A stretch of DNA of 64,000 nucleotides from Heteronotia binoei (lineage: Eukaryota): assembly GCF_032191835.1 (NCBI RefSeq), contig NC_083225.1, positions 39,432,001 through 39,496,000 of the forward strand. The letters run 5' to 3'. Positions within the stretch are counted from its first letter, which is position 1. Every line of letters starts with the position of its first letter. Positions 50,077 to 61,934 of the stretch are shown in pieces. A program made the position numbers and the translations under genes. Under the pieces are notes generated by a model, which had not been told where the DNA came from, ran no database searches, and saw only the letters and a program-made list of their open reading frames with translations.

Positions 50077-50786
50077 AGTGTATCCACAGAAGAGCTAAAC
50101 TCTTTTGTATTCTGCTTTATTAGATTGCATTTTCTTGGCACACCACACTACTATATTGTGTACTCTCATTTAGTCCAAAAGGAAGGAAGGAAAGAGAGAG
50201 TTTACAATATCATGGCTGTTGGTGGCATGAGTATTTTAATTAGCAAAACAGAAGAAAGCCAAAGAATGTGAAATATGAACTAGGCTATATTCTCAATCTC
50301 CCTATATCCAAATAAAATAGAATCCCATGTTTCAATTGCAGCACAAGCCTCTCACAAAAATAATTTAGGCAGATTTTTCAAGGCTTGCAACTTTTAATTG
50401 GTAAATTAATCAACTAAAGCTTCAGTTCACTAATCAGGAAGTGCAAATTGAAATCAATGGGATTCTGCCTTAAGGGCAGTCTTGTTTTTATTTTTGATGT
50501 ATTATAACAGGAAATGAACCTTAATTTTGTTTATTTGCAGGGCTTTTTTGTAGCAGGAACTCCTTTGCATATTAGACTACACACCCCCCCCAATGCAAAC
50601 AGTCCTCTAAGAATTTACAGTAGGCCCTGTACAAAGAACCCTGTAAGCCCTTGGAGGATTGGCTACATCTGGGGGGTGTAGCCTAATATGCAAAGGAGTT
50701 CCTGCTACAAAAAAAGCCCTGTATTAAAGTATAACTAAACTTCCTGCAACATATCAGTAAAAGTATCTGTACTTTAGTTTGATAAT

Positions 50787-51547
50787 TGATGTAACTTAAA
50801 TGGATGGAACCACAGTCCAAGTTCTAGATATGATTGTCTTGAGGAAGTCAATGAGGGCACTACGGTATTTGAAAAAGGAACGCATGAGTGTTACTATCAG
50901 AGTCGAGATGCCAGCCAAATTAGAATCCAAAGTCAGAGTCAAGATTCAGTTCAAAAAGCTACCAGAGAGCAGAGCCCAAAAACATGATCCAGCAGTCCAA
51001 AGTCACTCACAGAAGTAGAGAGAGAGAGAATCCAAGATCAAAATCAGGAGCCAGTCTAAAGATCACAGGAGGAACGCAGAACCTAGAGCTGTTGTCCAGT
51101 CACTGAGTCAAACCCTCATTGCTTCTATATCCAGCAGTCTCCCTTGAATGGCTTTTATGGGCATCTGCTGAAATGGTCTTACTTGAAGCCAGCTGTTTGG
51201 GAGTAACCCTGCAACTACTCATCATCAGCAAATAGCTGGAGACATGCACTTTGTCTTCTCTCCTGGAGCTCCATTCTAAACCTTCATCTCCAGTGCTCAA
51301 AGGGTGTGGGTGAAGCCGGAGGGCTGACCACCTGGGCTTCCTCTGTTGGAACAGGGCTGGAAGGTGCAGGTGGCTCTCCATCAGCTGTCCACTGTGAACT
51401 CTTACAAGCCTGTAGCTCATCTTCTTGCTTACTGTTTTCTGCCAGTTCAGAGCTGATGTCCTGAGCCTCTCTTTCTTCCAAGGAGTCCTCTTCTCCCGAG
51501 TAGTCCTTGCTGTTGCTGAGTCCTTACTCTCTACCTTCTCCAACACA
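50787..51547 (-). mobile_element. Probable solo LTR (Gypsy-like)
   Basis: On the minus strand it starts TG(TG)TTGG and has an acidic/Pro-rich pseudo-ORF, CATAAAAG and a T-rich repetitive U5-like end in CA; TSD not confirmed. Confidence 0.45.
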
Positions 51548-52694
51548 AATTTATTTCTAATTGTTCCACTCCCAACATTCTCAGACCACAATTTTAAAAA
51601 AAGATAGATAGGGATACTTAGAACTCACGTTCCCCCTTAAAACATTCATCTGGTTCCAAACAGCCAGCTGTGAGAGGGAAGCTGGTCAAATCTGGCAGCA
51701 GTATAACACAATAATAAAATACAGGAGTTTTCACTTCAGTTTTTAAAAATAGCAATTTGGATGTACAATTTACCTATATGAATTGTATACAAATGATACC
51801 AATATCTCTCCCTTTTTTTGTATTTTTGTGTGTTTGCTTATTTTTCTGTTTATATCCCGCCCCCACCCCACCCCACCAGTAGGCTCAGCCCCAAATTTTT
51901 TTGAATATACTACTTATTACAAATGCTCTCACACTGATCTTTATTTCTCTAACTAAATAAAACTTTTCTAATAAAATAAAATCCCACTATCTGTAGCAGT
52001 TTGCTATTTCTCTGGACCGGAATATTTCCACAAACTTCCATTATTCAAAGTCCATTTTTATTCCTCAAATTCAGCCTGCTCTTTGACACACTTTGACAAT
52101 ACACATATCCATCCCTCTGATGTCATCCACACATCATGAAAGAACTTCTCCTGTTCAGTACATGACAGTTAAAGAAATATTGCAGATTCCAATGTAGGCG
52201 AGCAACCGGAGTTCTCCACCATCTGACAGAAAGAGACAGAGGCATGAAGGCTGTGTATGTGCAGCCATTGTCAGCTGCAGGTTAGAAAGTTCACCCTACA
52301 AGACTTCTATAGAAACCAGTTTGAACCCTCATGACTGTCTAGACTTGAAGGAGTCTTTGAGACTGACATACTTCAGAGCAGCAGCTGGGCAGCGCGGAAT
52401 GAATAGGCAAATGGAAATCAGGCAGTGAGATCTGCTCCCACTTAATCTAATCCATGGCACAAGCAAACACACACCAATGTTCCATTGATAAATGGTAAAC
52501 CAAAGCATCTGTCTCTAACCAAGGGAAAAAATCAGTTATGTTTATTTCACATCCTAACCATCAGCATGGTTTGCTAATGGTTTTCTCCCTTACTGAGAAC
52601 CTACATGGCTGTTCTATATAAGCCATAGGGATAAGCACATATTTTTTGGCCCAAGCACCAAAAATATACAACATCTTCTTGCAAAGAGCCCTGG

Positions 52695-53060
52695 TTTGGA
52701 TGGCCCAGGCTAGCCTGATCTCATCAGATCAGGGAGGCTAAACAGAGTTGGACTTGGTTAGCAATTGGATGGAGGAACCCCTAAGGATGACTAGCAGTGT
52801 TCCCTCTAAGCTGAGTTAGCGTGAGCTGGCTCACAGCTTTTTAGCCTCCAGCTCCCACATTTTTGTCTTAGCTCAGAAAGGATGACCCCAGAGCACACCA
52901 ATTTATGCAGTAGCTCACAACTTTAAGGCCAGTAGCTCACAAAGTAGAATTTTTGCTCATAAGACTCTGCAGCTTAGAGGGAACATTGATGACCATGGTT
53001 GCTATGCAAAGCCAAGCAATGGAAAACCACCTTGAAACATCTCTTGTCCTGAAAACAAGA
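52695..53060 (+). mobile_element. 5S-derived SINE split by a CAGTGTT MITE (52795-52988)
   Basis: GCCTGATCTCATCAGATC head; body resumes after the MITE (partial TSD ATGAC). Confidence 0.7.
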
Positions 53061-54798
53061 GCTTGTGATGTGGCTGGTATGCCAATGAACTGAACGGGGG
53101 AGACAAGGGTTGTATTTGGCAAGACATTCTTGGAGCAAGCCAAGAGGCACTGCCAACATGTCCAAGATTCATCTTGGACTTGGCCGATGGCTGTGCAGGT
53201 CTGGGAGGAGATGACAGGCAGAGGCATGCCAGTTTCTTTCTCTCACACTGCTGGCCCCAACAGCGATGCCAATGCCTGGCAAAGTCAGCACACATGCTGG
53301 GGGCTGCCTACCCTTGATAGAACCACTTCCTTTACCACTACAGCATGCAAGACATTATAACGAGAGACCGATCCACATGTTCCATAGAAGCATCCATCGT
53401 CTCTGTCCTGCAAGGGGCTTCTGTTCCAATCTGAAAGAGGCCTCCGTTGCACTCCAAGCCAATTTCCTCCTTTGTGTGCCCCATGCAACCCATGAGAGAA
53501 TGGATTGAAGACAGCTCTGCACCAGAAATGGAATAAAGAGAAAGATCCATAAAGTAATGTGTGTTGTTCAAAATGCCACATTATAGTAATGCTTAGCATT
53601 TTTACACTCAAAGCATTTCACGCACATCTTTATAACCACCATCTCAGGTGGTTCACTTTCACTATGCCCATATCAGAAACAGGAGATTGAGGCCAAGAAA
53701 TGGCACAGCTAGCTTAACACCATCTAGTGAACTCATCAGAGAGATAAGATTTGAACAAGAGTCTTCTTGAGCTGCAGATCAGCCTCTTAGCCTCTGCGCT
53801 GCACCAGCTGCTACGTAGTCTTTAGTAGTGATAAAGTGGCATTACAGAGTGCAATGCTTAAAACTTCTCGCAGAATACAATACAAATGCAATATAAATTA
53901 ATGACAGCAAAGTAAGTCAATCAGTTCTCCTTTCTCCCCCAAGGGAAGGCGCCAGGAACGCTAATTCTGTGATGGATTACTGAGTACACTGTGAAGAGCT
54001 AAACAAATAAAAGCAGCTTTCCCAAGTCAAGCCATTGACTGGGCAACAATTGACTCATTCATGCTAATCAAAAGCAATCCTAGTGTTACAGCAAGAGAGA
54101 GGTTGCATTATACAAAGAAACTTTCAGCTCAGCGCCTGGGATGGAAATAACAAACAAACCAGAATTAGCAAAGACATTTTAGCATTCTCCAAAGACTTTA
54201 GTAAATATTCAGTCTTTTAAACATTCGGACTCCAAAGGATGGACACTGCACAGCCAAATGTTCTGCGCTTTGTAATGTATCTCTAGTTTCAGTAAGAGAG
54301 ATTTAACCACCACTCTCATTTTTTTCCTGAGATTTTAAAATGCTTGTTGACTAGATCTTGCCCCCACCCAATCCTATTTGTAGAGCTGCCGCCAACCTCC
54401 AGATGGTGGCTGAAGATCTTTTGGAATTACAACTGGTCACCAGACAACAGAGGTTAGCTCCCCTGGAGAAAATGGAAGGTGGACTTAATGCTGAGGTCCC
54501 TCCTCTTCCCAAACCCCAGTCTCCCCAAACTCCACCCCCAGGGCTTTTTGTAGCAGGAGCTCCTCTGAATATTAGGCCACGCCCCTTTGATGTAGCCAAT
54601 CCTCCAAGAGCTTAGAGGGCTCTTACCACAGGGCCTGCTGTAAGCTCCAGGAGGATTGGCTACATCAGGGGGCATGGCCAAATATGCAAAGGAGCTCCTG
54701 CTAGAAAAAGAGCCCTGTGACCCCCCAAAATCTCCAGGTATTTCCCAACTCAGAGCTCACAGCCCTACATTTGCCTCCTTTAAATACTTTATATGCAG

Positions 54799-54799
<1 letters not shown>

Positions 54800-54840
<41 letters not shown>
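54800..54840. repeat. (AT)n microsatellite
   Basis: About 20 AT units. Confidence 0.95.
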
Positions 54841-54843
<3 letters not shown>

Positions 54844-54902
54844 AAAAGGACAATGTACTAAGTTCTGAGGAGAGGGTTCTATGTCAGAATTCTATACAAT
54901 TA

Positions 54903-55200
54903 GGAGCCCTGTGGTGCAGAGTGGTAAAGCTGCAGTACTGCAGCCCAAGCTCTGCTCATGATCTGAGTTCAATCCCAGTGGAAGCTGGGTTCAGGTAGCC
55001 AGATCGAGATTGACTCAGCCTTCCATCCTTCTGGAGTCAGTAAATGAGTACCCAGCTTGCTGGGGGGAAAGTGTAGATGATTGGGGAAGGCAATGGCAAA
55101 CCACCTCATAAAAATGTCTCCCATGAAAACGTTGTGATACAACAGTCACCCCAGAGTAGGAAATGACTGGAGCTTGCACAGAGGACTATCTTTACCTTTA
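54903..55200 (+). mobile_element. Sauria SINE, full length
   Basis: tRNA head, GACTCAGCCTTCCATCCT core, GGCAATGGCAAACCACC and an ACCTTT-type tail. Confidence 0.85.
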
Positions 55201-55442
55201 AACAATTTCTACAACAGTTTTCTAAAAGTCCTAAGCAAGTCAAAAGTCCTATGTTTTCAACAGGGCATACTTACAATAAATTGTTCATTTATTTTTTTTT
55301 AAATTATATTTTTAGACCGTCCTTCCCAGAGGATACAAAGCACCCTTAAAACTTTGCAACATTAAGTAACTTGGCAAAGATTAGTGGTGTTCTTTGGAAA
55401 CGTTATTTAAAACTGACTAATTTCGGCACTCTTCATCTTTCA

Positions 55443-55961
55443 TAGGCTTCCCAATCCCCAGGTCCCAGCTGGGGATCCCCCGGTTTTACAGGCTTCCCCC
55501 CTCCCCCAGCCAGCTGGCTGGCGGGGGAAGCCCCACCTCCACAGCCATTATGCACCTCCATGAACAATTCCCATAAAGAATGATGGGGAATTGATCCGCG
55601 GGTATCGGGGGCTCTGGGGGGGCTGTTTTTTGAGGTAGAGGTGCCAAATTTTCAGTATAGCATCCAGTGCCTCTTCCCAAAATGCCCCCCAAGTTTCAAA
55701 AGTATTGGACCAGGGGGTCCAATTCTACGAGCCCCAAAAGAAGGTGCCCCTATCCTTCATTATTTTCTATGGAAGGAAGGCATTTTAAAAGGTGTGCTGT
55801 CCCTTTAAATGTGATGGCCAGAACTCCCTTGGAGTTCAATTCTGCTTGTCACACCCGTGCTCCTGGCTCTGCCCCCAATGTCTCCTGGCTCCACCCCCAA
55901 AGTCTCCTGGCCCCACCCCCAAAGTCCCCAGATATTTCTTGAATTGGACTTGGCAACCCTA
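55443..55961. mobile_element. hAT-type element, short member of the TAGGCTTCCCAA family
   Basis: Perfect TSD ATCTTTCA; ends shared with 48480-50076. Confidence 0.88.
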
Positions 55962-56436
55962 ATCTTTCATAATTTTCTGTTTCATGCTGTTTTTTAAAAA
56001 TGGTATCCTGAGAATGAATTGTGATTTTGCAAGGATTTTAAGCTGCTTTGGTTTGCAAAAATAAATTGAATCGAAAAGATTAGTCATATGGCTAAGCCAC
56101 ACAGAAGGGAAAGTATGAATATTCCCAAATTAGGTTGTAGTGTAGTTCCTTTTGAGGGGATTTGTATCCTGCTTTCCCACTTTCTAACAGGATCATGTTG
56201 ATTTTGGGATGTCGTGAAAATAGCAGAGCTGAATAGCCCTTAAATACATAGGGTTACAGTTTACAGTTTTTCTGTTATTTTGCTTATTCACAGAAATGAG
56301 AATCCAGACACATCTCCCAAACTATTGCATCCCCTTTTCTACTCATGTGTCATCCTGGGCGGGGGGGGGGGGCGTTGGGTTGTTTTTAATTGGTGGTTTT
56401 AGTTATTTTTATTGATAATGTAACAATACCTTTGTT

Positions 56437-56552
56437 CAGGGCTTTTTTGTAGAAAAAGCCCAGCAGGAATGCATTTGCAGATTAGGCCACACCCCCAACA
56501 CCAAGCCAGCCAGAACTGTGTTCCTGTGCGTTCCTGCTCAATAAAAGCCCTG
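56437..56552. mobile_element. hAT-type MITE, CAGGGCTTTTT family (monomeric)
   Basis: Perfect TSD CCTTTGTT. Confidence 0.9.
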
Positions 56553-56557
56553 CCTTT

Positions 56558-56640
56558 GTTCAAGTCCAGTGGCAGCTTTATGACCAACAAGTTTAATTCT
56601 GGGTATAAGCTTTTGTGTGCATGCACATTTCTTCAGATAC
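56558..56640 (-). mobile_element. Penelope-like element fragment
   Basis: AAGTCCAGTGGCAGCTTTATGACCAACAAG...GGTATAAGCTTT; a related + strand fragment lies at ~62155-62240. Confidence 0.5.
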
Positions 56641-58454
56641 TTCTTCAGATACTTCTGTAGAAATACTGTTGCAGGAATTAACTGTTTTTGTTTGATTGAT
56701 GTTAAAAAAACAACAATGAAATCCAAAATTTTCCATGATATTTTGAAGTGGTAACCTAAACTATAGAATGGATTCAACTAACCAGTGGAACCAGAAGTTG
56801 AACTCCAAAATCTAGTAACAAATGCATCTGTAGAAGTCATCTAGTTTTAATTGGTGGTTTTAGTTAAGGACCAATTCAAACACTATCATGAAATTGGAAA
56901 ACCAGATGTAGAAGTCGACTCTCAGTCACAGGAGTTGTCTGCACACATATGCAAGCACATGAATGACTTATCACATCTCTGAAAAAGCAATACGAGACTC
57001 ACTCCTAAATCCTGGCGATCATATGTTTAAGGGATTAGTCTAATGTGCCTCTCAGGTATCATATAGTAATGTTGATTTAGCATATTTAATTTATTGCACT
57101 AACTTGGCATTCTAGTATCTTATAAACTACAGCAGCTCACTCTGGCAGAAGGTCAAAGTGATATTTCATGATCTTGTAGAGGGGTTTTTTTTTCCTTCTG
57201 GGGTCTCTTTTAAAGCACAGTATTAGATTTTTCTGGTCTGGTGGTCCATTATCTTCTGTTTACAGAGCAACTCTACCCCTGATTTATGCCCACTGGGAAA
57301 GGACAGGGCTGCTACTCAATTCCGCTACACTGAGAGAATTCAAGACAATATTAAGCTCCATCCTGGCACATAAGGATCTAGGCAGTGTTGTGATGTGGAA
57401 GGAAAGGGAAGTACAGCATATTTATTCATGTGCAGTGCTCAGTCCTTCAGTCCCATTGAAGACATGAAGCTGCCTTATACAGAATAAGACCACTGCTCCA
57501 TCACAGTCAATATCGCAGTACTAACTGCCTAGGATCTGTACGCGCTGAGAAAGGAAAATATTATATGATCCGCCTGAAGTAGCACCATTGCAATTTATTT
57601 TATTGTTTTATTATTTTAATATTGCTTATTGTTTATTGCGTATTTTATGCTGTTAGCCGCCTTGAGTCTGCATAGATGGGCGGGATATAAATATAACGTA
57701 AATAAGTAAATTAAATAAATATTGTCTACTCAGAGTAGCAGGTGTTCTCTCTCAGGCAGAGGTTTTTCATATCACCTATTACCTGATCCTTTTAGCTGGA
57801 GATGCTGAGAATTGAACCTGGGACTTTCTGCATGCCAAGCAAATGCTCTACCATTGAGCCATTGCCCCTCCCAATTTCAACCATACTTCAGTTCTATTCC
57901 TGCAGAAGAGCTGTCAAAGAAAAAATGCTCCCGCTGAAGTCAAGGAGGCATCTCAGCAGAATGCCTGTCCAACTTTCTTCCATTCCACAGCTACATCAGA
58001 AGTCTGATATGAGAAGAGCCAATCACAACATAAAATCATAAGGATTTAAGCCCCAGAAAGGAACACAGAATCCATGGAATGGAAGAGGGGGCTATTCCCA
58101 TGTCCACAAACTGTGATTATATAATTGCGCAAGGGAGCGCTTTGTAGAAATTCTGCACAAGCAATAAATAGCTGAGTTAACAACAAAACAGAAGAGGAGA
58201 TTAGATTAGATTAGATGATGTGTGGGTGCTCAGGATCTTTAAAGGGAGTCTGCAGCAGGACTCCAGATAAACATTATAAGGATATAAGCCCCAGAAAGGG
58301 ACATAGATCTCATATTATAAAATGGAATGGGACAGGGGGCTATTCCCATGTCCACAAACCACAAGAAACTGCAACTCTGCTCCTGCACTTATGTTGCAAA
58401 AAAAAGAAAAGAAAGGGTACTCTGTATTGATAAGCTAAGTAAAGGTCCTCATTA

Positions 58455-58720
58455 GGAGGAGCATCCCCTACCTGGGAGAACTGGGTTTGATTCCGCACTC
58501 CTCCACGTGCACCTGCTGATGTGATCTTGAGTCAGTCACATGTTGTCACAGAGCTGTTCCTCTCAAGAGCAGTTTCTGTTAGAGCTCTCTCAGCTCCACC
58601 TACCTCACAAGGTGTCTGTTGTGAGGAGGGGAACGGAAAGGAGATTGTAAGCCACTCTAAGACTCCTTCAGGTAGTGAAGGGTAAAGTATGGATCCAATC
58701 TCCTCCTCTTCTTCTTCTTC
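58455..58720 (+). mobile_element. Squam3-like SINE
   Basis: Same family as 308-580, with a (CTT)n tail. Confidence 0.75.
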
Positions 58721-60270
58721 TTCTACCTCATGTTTCCCAACCTGTGGGTTGGGACCCAGAAGTGGGTCACAAAAAACCTCTGAAAGTGGGTCACAGAGCA
58801 GCCCTCCCTAATGGCATCTCCTGTCCACTGCACCCCTCCTCTTTCTTTCCTCATCCTTGTCAGTTTCTCACATTCTTGTCTCCCTCTCTCTTTTCAACAA
58901 TAAAGGGGGGGGGGGGACACTATCCAGAAATGATTAACTTTGTGGTAGCAGCTGGAAGAAAAGGAAAGAAGGCTGGAGAGTAGGTGGGAGTTGTTCAAGA
59001 TGCCAAGGAAAAACCAAAGGAGAAAAAGAGATGTGTCCAAAACAACTGTCGAGTAGCATCTACCCTGCCATATGGTGGTTCTTACCCAGTAGTAAAGGAA
59101 TGTCTTATGGAAACTAGAGGTCTTTCACAGTTTGTACCATGCTAAGCCCCTGGAATCATAGTGCAGTTGGAAACACACAATTTACCAACATTGGTATTTC
59201 TGCTTTGTAAATGAAAGAATATATGTTGTGATTGACGCATCCAATTTTGCCATCTCAATAAGGAAACTATGACATTAGACTACAATTGATAGGTCTATAC
59301 ACACTTTCCTAACAGCTCTATGGAAAAATCACCCTGTGTGAAGCGACTCTTAGAGGAACCAAAATCAGTGCTTACTTTGAGGCAAAGCTTTGATCTGTAT
59401 TTTTGACCTAACACTGGAACAATATCTTCCATCTCACATATTAGATGGGGGGGGGGGTTTCTTTGCTGCATATGCATGTTAACTGATAAAGAATCTAATA
59501 AAACATGCCCTGATAGTTACTAGAACCAGTCTCTGAGAATCTTAGGGCAGATAGGGTGATTAACAGAGAATGACAAGGTGGTCAAACATAACCTCCACAT
59601 GTAATGTAGCTGCCACATGTACAGGTTGTGTACTTCAGAATGCCACTTGCTTGGGGTTTATAGTGGGGGCAGCTGTGCCCTTTCTGTGATGTTTGTTGGT
59701 TTCTCAAAAACATCTGGTCATACACTCTAGAAAACAGAATGTTGGAACAGATAGGAGACAAGGTCACCTAGGGTATTAAAAATACCTTGGCCCAGCCTTG
59801 AATGAGTCAACAAATGAACTGAATTCAGATTTGTGGGTCACCATATCAAAAAGTTTGATATGCCCTACCTGAAATACGAATACTGATTATTCTTCATCCT
59901 TCTTCCTGTCATTTCAAGGTGCACAAGGCACATGAGCCCATGGCCACAGAGTATCTTGCTGCCAGTGCCACCTTGCCACACGTAATTGTGAAGTGGGGGA
60001 ACATGCTTCCTTTTACTCTATAGGTTGTGACATTCTCTCACAAACAGTGACAATGTTTAGTTTTCATTAAGGGGAACTCACTGGCCCCAAACCTCCAAAC
60101 TTGAGAGAATTCCCACTGTGATTCGGGGAAGGCCCTTCCTACCTCTTGCACTCTGAAGGGATTGCTTTCTCTGAACATCTGAATCTGCTAATCCCAAACT
60201 ACCTTCGTGCTCGCAAATATTCTAAGCACCCTTATGGATCATGTTCACAAATCAGGACCTTTCCTCTCTC

Positions 60271-60602
60271 ACAGGCCAGTTCCGCACTAGACCTGGTTCA
60301 GCCCTGTCCCCAAACTGATTTTCTACACTAGAACCATAGAATCATAGACTCATAGGGTTGGTTTCTATAATTCTATGGCTGCAATCACACGTACTAAATA
60401 ATTCACTTTCAATCCACTTTCAATGCACTTTCCAGTTGGATCTTGTAGTTCACACAGTAAAACCCAGTAGAAAAGTGCATTGAAAGGGGATTGAAAGTGC
60501 ATTATTTAATGTGTGTGGTCACAACCTATGATTCTAGTGTAGAATGTCAGTTTTGGGGACAGGGTTGAACCAGGATTAAAGGTCTAGTGCAGAACTGGCC
60601 TG
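60271..60602. mobile_element. Foldback element with a palindromic MITE (60376-60524) in its centre
   Basis: Outer arms CAGGCCAGTTCCGCACTAGACC...CTACACTAGAA / TTCTAGTGTAG...GGTCTAGTGCAGAACTGGCCTG. Confidence 0.75.
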
Positions 60603-61934
60603 TGGAGAGCCTCTGCCTTTGCACACATAGCAGATTTTTTGATACCTATTAGACATTTTCTAGGTATAAATCTCAAAACTTGAATTCCCTAGCTCATAAT
60701 GGCAAAAAAAAAATCCAATTCAAATACAATATGATGCACTTATGCATTTTCAACTGTTCTAGCATATTAAGCTGGTTTTGTGGATAGGCAGGTATACAGT
60801 ATTTATCTGCCATGAACTAGAAAGTCTTCTCAAAACCAGTTGAAACAAGACAAGACTCTATCAAGACTTCTATACAAAGCCCACCAGCCTCGGCTTGAAT
60901 TTCTAGACAATGAAGGAGTGAACTCTTTCACTGAACACTGAAAAGTTCAATAAATTGATGCCAGAATTCCAGGCTAAACTAAATCACTAGAAACACAGGC
61001 GCATTCTGTGTGCTGCTGAGAAAGTGTGTGCCTTTGAAAACAAGAACTTTCACCGAAACGATGAGTTAAAGAAACGTGATGTTCTGTTTTCAGGAAAGAA
61101 TTTCTCTAAAGGCTGGCTGGTTACTAAGTGTATACATTTTTATAGTATAAGAAAATAATTTTATGCTCTGATGTCAAACCCCGAGGCTATTAGGTACAGG
61201 AACAAATGAGACATGAGCAATTAAGTTCTTTGAGCCTGACAGATAAGATTCAATTAGGGTTGACAAGCTGATGAGAATATCTGTCTTTCATCGTTCCTAT
61301 TCATGCTATATTACAAAACATAAACCCACAAGGAAATATCTCAGCCAGTACGGCTCATGATAGAGAAGAATGTGTTTGCCCTCTATTGCATATGATAATC
61401 ATGTTGGATAAACTACCACAGGGTGTACTTGTAAAAAAACTGCTATGCACTGATACTGTACATATGTCTGAAAGTCAGGCTGAAATAATCCCTCTTTTGC
61501 CAAGGGTTGCCCAGCAAAAGCTTAGCCACGGCTTTGATTTGCCTGCTGCTCAGACCCAATTTCATAACCAAATAGGGGTAAGTTTCATTGCTGCTTTCAC
61601 GTCTGCAAGGCAAAGGCCATTGTCTGGCTTTTTTTTTTTTGCTTTACATTGCTGTGTTTATGTTACTTCACTGGTATGGAAAAGTTTAAGGCTGATGTAT
61701 GTTTTAGCCTAATCCTATGCTTCTCTGAGCCATTTATGTGGAAACCAAAGATAAATAGGCTTAACAGAGCTAAGCTGTGGTCTCTTGAAGGAAGCTTCCT
61801 GAAAAGATAGCTTTACAATAAAACAAAAAAATTATGAGGGAAACCACAGATCTGAAGGACTATCTCACCCATTATGAATCTACAGAGCAATTATACTCCA
61901 CATAGCAATGCTTATTGAAGGTGTCCTCCCTTGT

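Noticed and set aside
61505-61583. Plus-strand mini-exon ending at a GTAAGT donor
   Set aside because: Isolated, with no partner exons or identifiable product.
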